From Gnetum montanum (taxonomy: Eukaryota > Plantae > Gnetophyta), in NCBI GenBank assembly GCA_015680685.1, contig MNCI01002155.1:249770-313769 (forward strand): 64,000 bases of DNA, in the 5' to 3' direction. Of this stretch, positions 1-13,600 are shown in pieces. The position numbers and the translations under genes were made by a program. The notes below the pieces were generated by a model. That model was given only the letters and a program-made list of their open reading frames with translations, was not told the origin of the DNA and searched no databases. Each line of letters begins with the position of its first letter. The stretch's first letter is position 1.

Positions 1-632
1 CAGTTGTGGCTTTGACACAAGGCGGACGAAAGGCCCCGGCGTGTGCAGGAATGACTCGATTGGTTCGCAAGACAGGCGGAGCGTAGAGACTGTGTGTACG
101 GTGTACAGGGCTCTCCAGCGTAAGAGGGTTTTTGAGCTCTGGTCCGCAGCGTAAATGTCTCTTGTGCGCTCTGGGAGTTTTTTGCCAACCGCTCCCTTCC
201 CCCCCCGATTTCATGGAAAAATGGGCCTTTTATAGACAAGTTTTATCGGGGAATTCGGGTTGGGAGACACGTGGGCGTATACGCTACATCAGGCCGAATT
301 TAATTTACAAGTGTTACATTTGCTGGCGTATACGTCGGGGCGTATATGTTGTGGGGCGGGCGTATATGCTGGGCGTATACGCTGTGGATGCTGAGCGTAG
401 AGGATGCCAGCGTAAGCGTATAGCATGCCAACGTAAGCCAAAAATGTACCCAGCGTATACACATGAAAATGCTTCATTTTAAGGTTAAAAATTGATTTTT
501 GGGTGCCCAAGAGCTACTGGGAACCCTGGGGAAGGTCCTGGAGGGTCTGGACGCTTGATTCTGGCATGTTTTGATGAGTTTTTGAGGCTCAAAAGTTGCT
601 GTACGCTGGGCCTTACGCTGAGGCACTATAGC

Positions 633-1676
633 TGATGAGTGGCGAGGTACCCCTACACTCCACCATATGAATACGAGCGTGCACGCACGATTCGGTCGAA
701 CTCCGCAGACTAAATGCCTTAACGCCACAAGAAACACTTGGGGTTAATCGTTCGTTGTCTTCCCAGGCTTGCTTGTATGTGTCACGGTGTATGGTTAAGC
801 AAGTCTGAGGTATGTGATTTTTTTGGTATTTTCGGCTTATCTTCTATGCTACCAGGAGAAAGGGTTGAGAAAGCTAAACTAACTCTAACTAAGATCTAAG
901 TCTAAATTAACTAGCGTCAACATCCGTTCCCACTTGCCGGACACACCCAGAACTATGCAATTATAGCTTACCAAACGCTAATCGTTACTGGGATAGCCAC
1001 ACGTAACGCAAGTGCTCGAAGTGGTCGTACTGAGGCACCTATTTAGCCTACGTGTGATAAGCAGCCGATTCCTTAGCCAGCCGTACACACCCATGGGTGC
1101 TCGTAACTAAGTCGTACTTATCACACGATCTAGCCTAGCAATGAGCAGCCGATTCCTCAACTAGCCGTACACATCGGACCCGGGAGTTACCAAGCGTAGA
1201 ATCCTGTAATACGCTACTGGGTTACCAAGCATCCAATGCTCGTAATTGAGTCGTACTCATGCATTGCGTCAAGCAGCCGATTCCTTGACTAGCCGTACAC
1301 GTCCGTAGACGCTCGTAATCAAGTCGTACTTGAACGCACTAGGAAAGCAGGAAATAAAGCAATAAATGAAACCACGTGCTGCAAGGTTTATCCAAACAAG
1401 TTCGTCTTTATTGCCGTACACAACTTGGGTTCAGGTTACAAGCTGCTCGAATAAAGAGCCGTTCACTCTAGGACTCCTACTGCGGGCACATGGGGAAAAA
1501 TTCTAACTCTGGAGTGATCAATCTGCCAAAGCTTCGCTACACTAGCCAGGATTGGGAAAATGACGGGAGTGCCGCCTCTTATTTATAGATATGGCGGCGG
1601 GACGCGATATCGCAGGAGAAGACGCGATATCGCATGGGATGCGATAGCGCGGCCTAGTGTAAATCGCGTCTCATCA
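633..1676 (-). mobile_element. Solo LTR of the Athila-like family related to elements B and D
   Basis: Terminal inverted repeats TGATGAG...CTCATCA; flanks atagc/gtagc (5-bp TSD, 1 mismatch). The reverse complement matches the LTRs at 22964-23806 and 29527-30324 (gcgatatcgc repeats, ctataaataagaggcggc, ggtacctcgccactcatca end). Confidence 0.9.
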
Positions 1677-1802
1677 GTAGCATATGCTGAAACACTATAG
1701 CATACCCTGAGGCACTGTAGCATACGCTGTGACACTGTAGCATACGCTGGGGCACTGTAGCATACGCTGGGGCACTATAGCATACGCTGGGGCACTGTAG
1801 CG
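1677..1802. repeat. 20-bp tandem array (ggcactgtagcatacgctgg), split by the solo LTR; first unit at ~613-632
   Basis: About six consecutive units are directly visible. Confidence 0.9.
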
Positions 1803-1829
1803 GGGCGTATAGGAATGAAAGGCCATCAT

Positions 1830-2150
1830 TTGGAGCCTAAAATTTGATTTTCAAGTGCCTGAGACCTGCTGGGGACCTTGGGGAAGGTCCCAGGGGGTCC
1901 AGACACTTAGTTCTGGCACGTTTTGACTCATTTTTGGGGCCCGAAAGTCTCTCTACGCTGGGCCTTACGCCGGGCGTATACGCTGGGCGTAGAGGACTGA
2001 ATGACCATCGTTTGGAGCCCGAAATTTGATTTTCAAGTGCCTGAGACCTGCTGGGGACCTTGGGGAAGGTCTTGGGGGGGGGGGTCTAGACACTCCACTT
2101 TAGCATGTTTTGATGAGTTTTTAAGCCCCGAAAGTTGCTGTACGCTGGGC
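1830..2150. repeat. ~180-bp LTR subrepeat, two copies here and a third at ~485-620
   Basis: Shared aatttgattttcaagtgcctgagacctgctggggaccttggggaaggtc...tacgctgggc block. Confidence 0.85.
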
Positions 2151-2479
2151 ATGTGTAGTCCAGCATACAGGATGCATGCTTAGTGAAAACAAAGTATTTT
2201 GAGCTCAAGATTTGCCAAGCTTGATGCCAGATGTCATCGTAGTCTTCTGTGGGTCCCAGGGAACTTTTACTTGCTTTCTTTGACTTCGTTTAATGCTATT
2301 TTGAGGCTTTCAAGCTTGGTCATGCTGAGGACCAACATGACTTAGCTTAATTTCTGTCTTCAAGTGTTAGCCAAAATTTTTGTGGTGTTTCAAGCCCTTG
2401 CATGGATCCGTGGTTAAAACTATGTACGCGGAATTTTGTTTGGTATTTTCCAGTTGCCGACATTTTCCGTCGTTACAAA

Positions 2480-3534
2480 TATGATCACATCAAGATGTTA
2501 GTTTTCGATTCTCAACCCTTAGGTTTGAGTTTTCTTATGAGAGCTTTGAGTATTTTTAATTGAGTTGGGATAAATTTAAATCTTTATCATTTAATACATT
2601 CTTTAATTTAATGCATAGACTTTGAAAAGATATAATTTCATTACATAATAATTCATACCTTTCTTTAATAGTTCCTTTGGGTTCTTCAGTTTCCATTTTT
2701 GGATCTTCATCACTAAGGGCCATAAAAATAAGATGTGAACTTGAGGAGGTGTCATTCATTTCTTCTTCACTTTGTTCATCATCTTAGCTTGTGTAAATAT
2801 TTTTCTTTTTTGTATCAGCTTCAGATTGATTCTTCCTTGTAAACCTACCAACACTTGAACATTTGAAGTCCACATGGCCTCTACCACCAGAAACCCAACA
2901 TTCTATAGAGTATGCATCAAGATTTAAACTTTTAAAATTCTTACATCTTTCCTTACCTTTGATGCTAGATTGGTTGAAGCCCTTGTATTTTCATGCAAGA
3001 AATCTTTGAACTCTCCTAGATAAGAGAGTCAATTCATCTTCGCTATTCGCTTCATGTTTAGGTGGCCCCTAACTTTTAAGGATAATAGTATTTTCTTTGA
3101 TAAACCTTTACTAATATGATTCATCTCATAAGCAATGAGTGCACTTTGAAGCTCTTTGAATTTTAGAATTGAGAAGTCTCTAATTTCCTCCATGGTTATA
3201 ACTTTTGGTCCAAAATCAGGCTATAAAGTTCTAATCATTTTAATAATTACATCACATTTAGGTAAATCTTTTACCATGTCATGAATGGCTATAACTAAAT
3301 CATTAGCTCTAGAGAAATAATCCTTGATTTTCTCTCCTTCTTTTGATTTGAGTTTATCATATGTAGTTACTAACACTAGAAATTTAGATTATTTAACAAC
3401 AAATGTACCTTTATATATTGCTTCTAGAGTTTCCCAAATTTCTTTCATGGTTTTGCACCTAGCTACTCTATTAAATTCAAATTTACTTAAAGCACAATAA
3501 AGACAAATTTTTTCTTTTAAATCAAGCATGAATA
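2480..3534 (-). pseudogene. gag: Copia gag remnant (UBN2-like domain)
   Basis: Minus-strand translation gives ALSKFEFNRVARCKTMKEIWETLEAIYKGT, then EGEKIKDYFSR...KVITMEEIRDFS; contains stops and frameshifts. Confidence 0.8.
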
Positions 3535-3535
3535 N

Positions 3536-3834
3536 ATAAAGGTTTTGGTGCCCACTTTTTTGAAGGAACAAGGTCAAAGGTGTGCAAGGATTATACCCTC
3601 CAAGTGTGGAAGTACACAAGTTGGAGAACCACATAAATTTGTATGTAGTTTTGGTTGTCTTGGTTGTTTGAATTGGGAAACTTATTCAACCCTCATTCTA
3701 AGTTATTCATCCTCAAGTGGTATTGAAGCCTGGTACTCTCATTTTTGGAGCTCAACATCTCAAGAGTGAACGATGGAAAGAACATCATACACCAAGACAC
3801 CTATGTTCGATGGGATCAAATTCATGTACTGAAA
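3536..3834 (+). other. Block inverted relative to its flanks, bounded by single N bases (probable scaffolding mis-orientation)
   Basis: N at 3535 and 3835. Inside, the LTR end, PBS and gag start (MERTSYTKTPMFDGIKFMY from 3773) read on +, while the rest of the element reads on -. Confidence 0.8.
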
Positions 3835-4680
3835 NCTGCATAGAGTGTTTTCTTATTGGAAACATACTCAACCCCACAAGGCCCTGACAAGCTCACAAGA
3901 TGCCATTTTACAAGAAGCACATCAATCTTGTAGGGCTATAAAGAGAAAAATAATTAAGGAGAGAGTGTAACTAACTTTACAAATTCCTTACTTCTCACCA
4001 AAAAAAAAACAATTCACAAATGTTAAAAAGAATTAAGGAACATAACAATCACTTCATATAGATAATAAATATTCCAATGAACAGTGCTTGCATAGTTCTT
4101 ATTTTTTCACAAGAATTTTATTCTATTTTATAGTATTTTACTTTTCAAATACTCCTTGAAATTTATGCACCAGCTAGAAAATGGCTAGTTGGAATGTCCT
4201 ATTCAAGCTTGGAACATCTCACTAAAAACTGGCCACATGCAGGTGCAATGTCCCACTAAAAATTGGTTTATCTCACTTGGGATGTCCTACCTAGAACATA
4301 TCAACAACAATTGGAACGTCTGCTATTTGTGTGGGATATTTAACCTAAAATTGATTCTTCATATTTGGGACATCTATTGATCTTTTGGAATGTCTAGGAA
4401 GATACCAAAGCATCTTTGTTGGGCTTGTAGGTTTCATGCATCCTTGAAATCTTTCATTTTGGTTGAGACTTCTTGTCATCTCAACTTAGCTCTCATCTTG
4501 ATCTCATGAAGCTCTTGTTTCAAACATGATTTTTTCATCTAAACTCTTGTCTTAATCATCATACTTTTATCCTGATTCCATCATGCTCTTGTCTTGTCCT
4601 TTCTTAACCCTACATGACTATATAGACACATTTTCCACATTCTCCATTTTCTAAGGTTTTGGCATACCAAAAGATCAACA

Positions 4681-7600
4681 AAAAAGACTTCAAAGCCTAG
4701 TTGAATGAAGAACTTCTTAAGCCACAAAATATCTTGAATGAAATTTTCCATTGTAACGAATTTAACCTCACATGATAATAGAGCTATACAAATTTTCTTC
4801 TTGCTACTCTAATAGATGGAATTAACCCCATAAAAAATAATTGAACATAATGTAGACTTCCTCTCCTAAAGATATCCTCAATCAACATCATAAAATGCAT
4901 GAAAGTTGTCATCTCCTTTGAAAACTTTTATGGTAACATCCATGGTCTCTTTTACATATCTTAAGACATGCCTAAGAGCATTTATGTGGCTAAGTTTAGG
5001 TTCTTTCATAATTATTGAAAGATAAGATGTGGAAAATTTAATATCATGTATTGAGTATCAAGGAAACCTAAAGGATTCTATCATGCTTTTATAGAGAAAA
5101 ACATCAATTAAGGGACCTTCATCTTTTACTTGGAGTTTGAAGTTTGGAGGAAGTGGAGTGGTGGATATTCTTTCATTTTTAAGCCATATTTTTCTATGAT
5201 ATTTTTAGCATATTTTGATTAATGCATCCTTTTCTTACTCTACTTGGATTCCAATGAAGTACCATAATACTCCTAGATTCTTCATCTTAAATTCTTCTTA
5301 CATGTCTTTCTTGAAGTCTAAAATCATTTTTCTAGAACTAGATAGAAAATCCAAGTCATCAACATACAAGGATATTAGAATTACATTAATTTCTACATGC
5401 TTGATGTAGATAGTAGGCTCAAACATACAAATTTTATAGACACTTTTAAGAATAAAATTAATGATTCTATGAAACCAAGCTTCTTAGAGCTTACTTGATT
5501 CCATTGAGAGCTTTGTGAAGTTTATATACTTTATCTTCTTGGAATTGAATTTCAAACCCTTCTAGTCAAGAAATGTAGACTTCTTTCTCATGCACACCAT
5601 TGAGAAAGGTTGAATTGGCATCCATTTGATACATATTTAATTTATCATAAGATGCGATGAAGATCATGAACTTGATAATTTTAAATCTTGCAATAGGAGT
5701 AAAAATTTCTTCATAATCAATGTGCTTCTTTTGCTTAAAGCCTCTTGCTACCAACCTTTCCTTATGAGTAGAAATGTTACCTTGTTTATCAAATTTTGTT
5801 TTCAACACTCAATTTCAATGATCCTTTTACCTTTATGGTTTGTTCACTAAGGATCATGTGTTGTTTTTCATGATTGAGTCATACTTCATTTGCATTTCAT
5901 CTTTCCATTCTTTAATTTTTAGATCCTCCTTCACACTTGATGATTCATTAATTAAGGTTGAGTAGGTAATATTAGGTTTTTCTTGGCTCCTTATGTATTT
6001 TCTTTGGAAGTTAGTATCTAGGATTTGAGATGAAGGATGGTCCTTCTCCGTCCATGGCCTTGTCTCATATGCCTCTTCCTCCTTCTTCTTATCTTCTTCA
6101 TGGATGTAGATTGAGTCAAACCCTAAGGTTTTCTCATTAAAGATTATACTTATTGATACATATCACTTCTCAAGTGGATCACAAAACCTATAGCCACTTG
6201 TCTTAGAATCATATCCAAGAAAGATACACTTCCTTCCTCTATCATGTAGCTTCCTCACAAGAGAATTGATGATCTTTACATAGCATACACATCTAACGAC
6301 TTTTAGATGGAAGAGATTTGTCACCTTGCCATACAATAATTTATAGGGATTTTTCTTAACTATAGGAGATGTAATGAGCTAATTAAGGATATAAGTAGCC
6401 ATGTGGACTATCACATTCTAATAGGAATTAGGAAGGAGGGCATGCTTTAACAAACAACTAAACATTTCTTAGATCACATCATTCTTTGTCTCAGTCATTC
6501 CATTACTTTTTGATTGATACCCATATGTGGTTTTTCTTATATGTCATGGATTTTATAAAATTCATCAAAATTATCATTTAAAAATTTATCTTCTCTATTG
6601 ATTTTTATGGATTTAATTTGTAATCCAAGCCTATTCTCCACAAATTTCTTGAAATTTTGAAAGAACTCAAACACTTCATATTTAGAATGAAGGACATAGG
6701 TCTATGTGTACCTAGAGAAATCATCGACAAATACCAAAAAATATTTACCTTCTTCATGAGAAATGGTAAGCATTGGATCCTAAGCATCCATGTGGATCAA
6801 CTCCAAAGGTTTGATCCTCATATCATATGTGTTGAAATGGGAAAATATCTTTTTATTTCCCTTTTGATATATGTTACATGCTTCTTGAGGTTCTTCTTGA
6901 AAATTGACTCTAATGATTGCTTGATTCTTTATAAGATTAAGAAATTTGAAGTATGAGGCATGACCAAGCCTCTAATATCATACTCTTGTCATGTCATGCT
7001 TTGATAACTCCTAACTTGGGCTTACATGAGTAAAGTGCATTACTCTAAAACAATAGATCTAATTTTCTAATATGGGAACTTTTACTACTAGACCATTACT
7101 ATTTAAGATGATGCATTTATTAGTTTCAAAAATAGCATTCTTTCCTTTTCTTGACATTTGACCAACTGAAAGGAAGAATTAGATAATTATAGAACATAAA
7201 ATACATCATGGACTTGGATGGGATGACAATTATCAAGAATAATTTGATAATTTTAAATGTCTTCAATTTCTACATAAGCTCCATCATCTATTCTAATTGA
7301 CCCAAGACTCTTATCATCCTTAAACTCTATGAAACATTCTTTATGAGAAGTCATATGATTAATACAACCACTATCATTTATCCAAGTAGAAGGGTTTATT
7401 CACTTAGTTATGTAGAAATCAAAAAAAATTATTATTAGAGCCATCACCCACTTGCTTACCTGTGTTTTAGTCTAACGAGGAATCACCTTATTGCTCGTCA
7501 TTGTTACCTTCTTAGATGATAAGGTTTTGAAACCTCATTTTTTACTAATAGTTGTCTTGCATGTGACCATTCTTGTTGCAAAACTTACACCATGAAATTA

Positions 7601-8420
7601 ATGAAGATGATGTAAAGATGTTGCTCTTTTTTTAGAAGTTGGATCTTTCACCTTCTCTTCTTCTTCTTGGACCTCTTTCTCTACCTCTAAAAGTTGATAG
7701 CTTCCTCTCTTTAGATGATGGTTTACTCTTTTGGAAATTTGTTCTTCCTCTTCCTCTTCTTCCTTGGCCTCTATCTCTTAAAGGATTTTGACCTATATAG
7801 AAATTATCTTATCTTAATGATGAAGAATTTTTCATCTCTTGGAGAGCCCTTAGGCTTGATACATGTTCATTTAAAGTAGAAGTAGAAAGGTCTTTTATTT
7901 TAAATATGGGTTCAATGACACTAATAAACCTATGTTCATCATACAACATTATCATGACTTTGTAAACCTTTTGTTGCATGGAGTAATTACATTATACTCT
8001 CTAAGATTCCTAAGATATAAAGTGAGTTTTTCAAGGAAATGCTCAAGGGACTTACCTCTTTGAACTTTTATATTCTCAAAATCTATTCTTACTTTCAACT
8101 ATTTAATTTTTTATTGGCCTTATTGCACTTATATTCCTCTTAAAAGATATCCCAATATTATTTAGAAGTATTTTTGTTGCAATTTAGGATATAATGTCCT
8201 CAGTACAACTTGTACAAATAATCATCTTAGGAAAAGTATCTAACTTAGTATCTTTAGTGAACTACCTCCTTTGATCTCTAGTTATAGCATTAACATTTGG
8301 AAGAATTACAAGTACATTTTTAACATAAGACCAAACCTCATTAATTTGCAATAGAGACTCAACCAAAGGAGACTAATAATAAAAACCTTGATACTCATTA
8401 AAGGTGATAGAACACTTAGA
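4681..8420 (-). pseudogene. Copia gag-pol pseudogene
   Basis: Zinc knuckle CKFCNKNGH (~7560-7590); protease WINDSGCINHMT (~7350-7385); integrase region with FLGYDSKTSGYRF (~6185-6225); RT HKERLVARGFKQKKHIDYEEIFTP and YQMDANSTFLNG (5566-5808); RNase H start SKKKICIALLSCEVKF (~4760-4810). Confidence 0.9.
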
Positions 8421-9984
8421 AATATCTTTTGAAGGATATTTTCTTTTACCTTCTTTTCAACAAATTCTTTACTTTGATGTCACTTGTCAAAGGTTGACAT
8501 GAGAATAAAATGCCTCTAATCTTAATGCTATAGAAATTTTAGCTTCATTAGAGTCAATTTTGACCACTATAAGTTGATCATGAGTTGTAGCTTAATCATG
8601 GTCTACAAAACCATCAGTTATATTATCTTACCATGGGTTGGGATGATTGATCCTGGATCATGGTCAAGTCATGTTGTAATACCATGGACCCAAAATTAAT
8701 CATGGTCTTTATGAAATAGAGAAAAATAAACTCTGAGGAACCACAAGCTAGCCATGTATCATGGTTAGATCATGGTGAATATTCTAGTCTTCATGGTACC
8801 TCTTTTAAACTTTAAATTTGCCCATAAGTAGACCATGAGTTGTGGAATTGTAGGAAGAATAGATCATGAGTCAATCATGATTCATGGTCTCCTATTACAA
8901 GTTGTCATAAGATTATGGTTTCTCACCATGGATCATGGTAAATTCATGGTTGCTCACCACAAGTTATAGTGAGGTTTTGGTCCCATAAAAATGTCTGTGT
9001 ATAGCATAAGTAATTATGAACTTATGTTAAAGTTATAATCCTATAAGAAATAGAGAAAAATACCAAAACTAAATTTTGAAGATAAATTAGAAAGAAATGA
9101 GGCTCAAAGCTATGAAACATAGACTAGTAACATGATATATAATATCCAAACATGATAAGGTTATCTTGAATTAGAAATAAATATAAATTTATTCTTAGTT
9201 AAACTTATGTGTGCTAAAAGTATACAACCACTATGAAAATGCACAAACTCTTTATTCCACTTCTAAGTGACTTTAGATGCTCTTAAAAACATGATAGAAA
9301 CTTGAGAACAAACTCTCACAATCTAAAGAAGCTTGAAATAATCACATGCAAGGAGAGATATGTGTTTTACATCAAATTTACATGAAAGAATGAGTCCATG
9401 AATAAGAACATGAAAAATAACTTTAATTTGAAATTGGAAAGTAAATCCCTTAAATTAAACCATGAAAACACTTCTAAATTCTTTCAAACTTTACTAGAAA
9501 CATGAGCAAACATATATTTAATTTTAGAAACTCAAGAGAACTTGTAATTAAAACATGCATGTGAAAAACATAAGAGAATGTATGGATTTGTGAGAAACTA
9601 TAACAGAAAATATTTAGGGAACCTGGAACAAGAACCCATGAGAAGGAATTCACTCCTAAAATTAAGATGGTCATGTTAAAAGAGGGTAAGAAAGAAGAAA
9701 AGGTGAAAGCTATGATATCTTCCCCAAGAACACATAAAACTTGCACAAGAACACTTTAAAATTGAAAGAAAATAGAGCTTCTATTCACTTCATCAAAAAT
9801 GTAGAATCAAGACAAGTTATAATGGGATGGGTTCATCCATATTTATACTTCTTTGATGAAGATTTTACCTTTTAGAGCATGGGCCATACATGACGGTTGT
9901 TGATCCATTCTTACACTTTCTAGAAATTTGCTCAATCCATAATATGCTAAGATCCTCTTTCTTCATACAAACATAATTATAACA
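4681..9984 (-). mobile_element. Ty1/Copia element 2 (5' LTR ~9292-9984, decayed PBS ~9279-9291, gag-PR-INT-RT-partial RH)
   Basis: Copia domain order on the minus strand. LTR bounded by tgatag...ataaca with a TATA near 9840. Confidence 0.8.
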
Positions 9985-10699
9985 CCTATTACATCAAAAG
10001 AAAACATCACAACATCAAAGGAAAGACTACTACTAAATCCTACTCTCCTCAACATCAAAGTAAACATGCATGGAGGAGTTAGTAGTACATATTTATACTA
10101 TTTCTAATAGGACATATAGACAACAAAAAAATTTCATAAAACTTAAGAAAAATATAATGATGTTTCACATTAGCAAACCCATTTGAATCGAACCTATGAC
10201 TTACAAACCATAAGATGCATGCTTTAATTAACAAAGTAATTATACATTGAGAATACATGACTAAATTTTGAGTATCATAAATATACACATTTGTACCTCT
10301 AAGAAAAGTAATCAACGTGATATCCTAATAGAACATATGTAACAAATAAAAAATTCTCTTTTCATCTAAATGTGTTGTAGAGATAATATCTTATTGCTGA
10401 CTTGAAGGATACTTCCCTTTCAAAATGAAGATTAGAAGAAATATGAAAATTCACTTGTACTCCATACTATATTAATCATCATTCCCTCTTTAAAAATACA
10501 TAGCCTTGATCTTCTATGTTTGCAATATAGAATCTATTTTAATTAATAATAATTAGTTTCCAGCTATTGGTCAAGATAAGGAAATAATTTCTTTTGATAA
10601 TGTTGATTCTATTGATAGGGTGGGGGCCTCCATCCCCTCTACCTAATGATCTTTTCATATAATATTCTAGGTCTTACTAATAACCTTTAGAAAAAAGTT

Positions 10700-13600
10700 G
10701 TTGATTCTTTTCTTCACATATGATGTTTAGTTTATAATTTTATTTTTTTTCAAGAGACTAAAATTCCCAATTCAGATATAGTCATGGTTAGTAATAGTAT
10801 TATTCATGATTCTACAATATTATTTAGTAATCATTATCAATCATTTTTTTTTCAAAAAAAATAAAATTGTCTCATGATAGAGATAATTCTATAGTCTAGG
10901 TAATTCTTCAAGGTGCTTCTAATATTTATGCTTCTAATACTTCTGTGGATAGCATTACTTTGTGGTAGTTTCTTCTCCAAAGTTTGCCTAACATTCCTTA
11001 ACTTTTTTTGTGGTGATTTTAATATGACTAAAAATTGTTATAATAAAATTTGTAGAGCTTCTTCATAGCTTACAACCATGATCTTTCTAATTGGTATAAT
11101 CTTAAGGAATAATTTTATTTATCTAATAGTACTAGATCTAATATTCATCATGATTATTAGTTTACTTGGTATAATCTTTGTGAAGGTAATAAGTAAAAGT
11201 TTAAAAGACTTAACCATATTTTCTTATTTTCCAAATTCTTCATCTTAGTTTTGTAATGGAAAGATTAAAATTCATAAAGATGAAACTTTTTTAAATCATT
11301 TTTTCAATTTCTTTTGATTTAGAATTTGAAATTAAATCTCCATTTTGATGTTATGAGCTTTTATGTATGAATGCATCTTTATTTCTTGACTTCATATGAA
11401 GTAAATATGCTTGGTAAAATAGGTTGGATTGATTAGTGGTTATGTATTATATATGATGTTTAAAAATTTTACCCACTACTTTGGTAAACAATATATCAAG
11501 AGATAACAAAAGACTATGAAAAAATTCTATATTGAATTTCAATAGATCAATATTGCACTACAAAATGATCCCTTTGATATTATTCTTCAATAATAACTTT
11601 TTTATGTTTACTTAATCAAATAAAAATGGGACATATGTAATGTTAAGAATGCTTCGATCAAGAGTCACCTTAACTAATTAAAAGTAGAGGGAGAACCATG
11701 TAGGAAAATTTTTAAATTCTTAAAAGATAAAGGCAGTTTACTTGTTATTGACTCCATATAAGTTGATGTCAAATTAGTTTTACTTCTTTTATTATCAATG
11801 GTTTTCTTGAAAGAAAATTTCATTGTATATTTATCTTAGAGTGTTTTAATCATAATGATTTTTTTTAATCATGATCATTTACCTAATATTGTTCATAGCA
11901 GTTACAACCATCTTCTTGAATAAGATATCTCTCTTACTAAAATTCAAGTGACAGTGTTTAGCTTGGCTAATGGTAAATATCTTATTTTTTATGAAATTCT
12001 AATTAAAATTTTTAAAAATCATTAGGATGTTATCAGTATGGGCCTTTATTTTGTTTTTGTAGATGTCATTAAATAATGTTCGCTTGGTCAAGAGCTAAAT
12101 AAAGAAGTCATTAGACTTATTCATAAGAAAGATAATCTTTACCAAATTGGTAATTAGTGCCCTAGTAATATGAATTTTCTTTTATGAAATTTTGGCTAAA
12201 TGTCTTACTAAAAGATTAAAACCAATTATTCCTCAATTAAGTACTACAATAAAAACTAACTTTGTCAAAGATAGATATATTCTAAATAATGGTGCTATAG
12301 CATAGAAGGGTAAGTTGAGGATTCCAATCAGGACATTACTTTTTGAAGCTTGATTATTCTAAAGCATATTATAGAATTGAAAGATAGTTTATTATTTCTT
12401 ATCCTCATAAATATGGTTTTAAAGAAAAATTTATTAGAACGGTAGAGAGTTATTTTGTGTCTGCTAATATACTTGTGGCTACAAATGTTAGCATTACTAA
12501 TTATTTTAAGTTTGAATGCTCAGTTAGATAAGGTTTCCCTCTTACTCCTTATCTCTTCATCCTTATTGAAGATTTTCTATGTCATGCTATATATAGAAGG
12601 ATGAGGAGCATAATTTTCTATAAGGCAACTTTATTGAAAATAATGTTTCTATTTTATTAAATATGCATTTTTCATATGGATTTTTTTTATGAAAAAAATA
12701 ACAAGGCTATTACACATTATCTTGTTTATCATGCTAATCAATATTGCAAACTAATTGGTTAAAATGTTCTATTTTTGGAACAAGGGGTTTCAATAATGAA
12801 CTTTGTCTAAATCTTAACATTTTCTAGAAAAGTAAAATGTTTTAAAATTGTGGTGGATTCTCAAAAACTTTATGGGATGTTATAGTGAAGAAAATTGAAA
12901 AAAAATTGTTAAGTGGGATGAGAAGAAGCTTTGAATGGCTAGTAATTTTATTGTTTGCAAGCATAGTATTTAAGCTTCTCATGTGCATTATTCATCATAT
13001 TGGGCTTCTAGTATTTTTACATATCGTTGGATTGATTAGCTTATGTAAAATTTCTTTTCGAGTAGTAGCTATTCTAGAAGGGGGTTTTATTCTATTTCTT
13101 AGGATATTTGCACTTCTCATAAAGAGTATGATGAATTAGGATTAGTAAATTGTTAGAATCATGGTATTCTTTTATGTGCCAAGTGGGTGGTTAATTGCTT
13201 ATATGATGGAGGGCCTTGGAAGCTTCATTTTCATAACTGTATCTAGATAAGTAAGCCTAGAGATAGTGATTACTAAAAGGATACTAATTTTTTAATTAGA
13301 TCATTTTTCCAAAAGATATTACTATAGTAGGTTCTAATTTCATAAAGCATATTTGGAAGGCTTGGAGTTTTATTGATGAATTTTGAAACTTCAATAATAT
13401 TATTGTTTCTACCTTTATGTTTGATAAGATTTCTCCTTGGTGGCTTCATATTAATAATGAACTATGGGCTATCAAGCATACACATCATTATAGTATATGG
13501 TATAAGCTTAACATTCCCTCCATTTCATCTCTCTGAATTCATAATCAATGGATTACTTGGTTTAAGTATCAGAGTCTCTATAATATTAATGATTTTAGAA

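Larger units (their letters stand above)
1..2477 (-). mobile_element. Young Gypsy-type LTR (U3 end at 2477), runs off the left edge of the window; inserted into Copia-1 gag
   Basis: Minus strand begins TGTAACGACGG at 2477. TATA-like ctataaaagg lies on the minus strand near 225-235. The sequence is CpG-rich with internal subrepeats and switches abruptly to AT-rich Copia gag at 2478. Confidence 0.65.
2478..4680 (-). mobile_element. Ty1/Copia element 1 (5' LTR, PBS, gag), inserted into the RNase H of Copia-2
   Basis: The LTR probably starts TGTTGATC at 4680 (minus). A decayed tRNA-Met PBS tggtattgaagcc at 3718-3730 lies inside an inverted block. Gag motifs follow downstream. Confidence 0.75.

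Noticed and set aside
632-660. ctgatgag at the LTR edge as a hammerhead ribozyme core (retrozyme)
   Set aside because: TGATGAG is simply the LTR terminal inverted repeat and the C comes from the target site. No correctly placed GAAA or flanking stems are present.
1677-1802. Short regular repeats as a CRISPR array
   Set aside because: The units are contiguous with no unique spacers, there are no cas genes, and the context is a eukaryotic LTR.
4640-4655. PPT making the 3836-4639 LTR a shared 3'/5' LTR of a tandem Copia
   Set aside because: Copia-2 RNase H is cut mid-domain at a TGTTG terminus at 4680, which fits a nested insertion better; not fully excluded.
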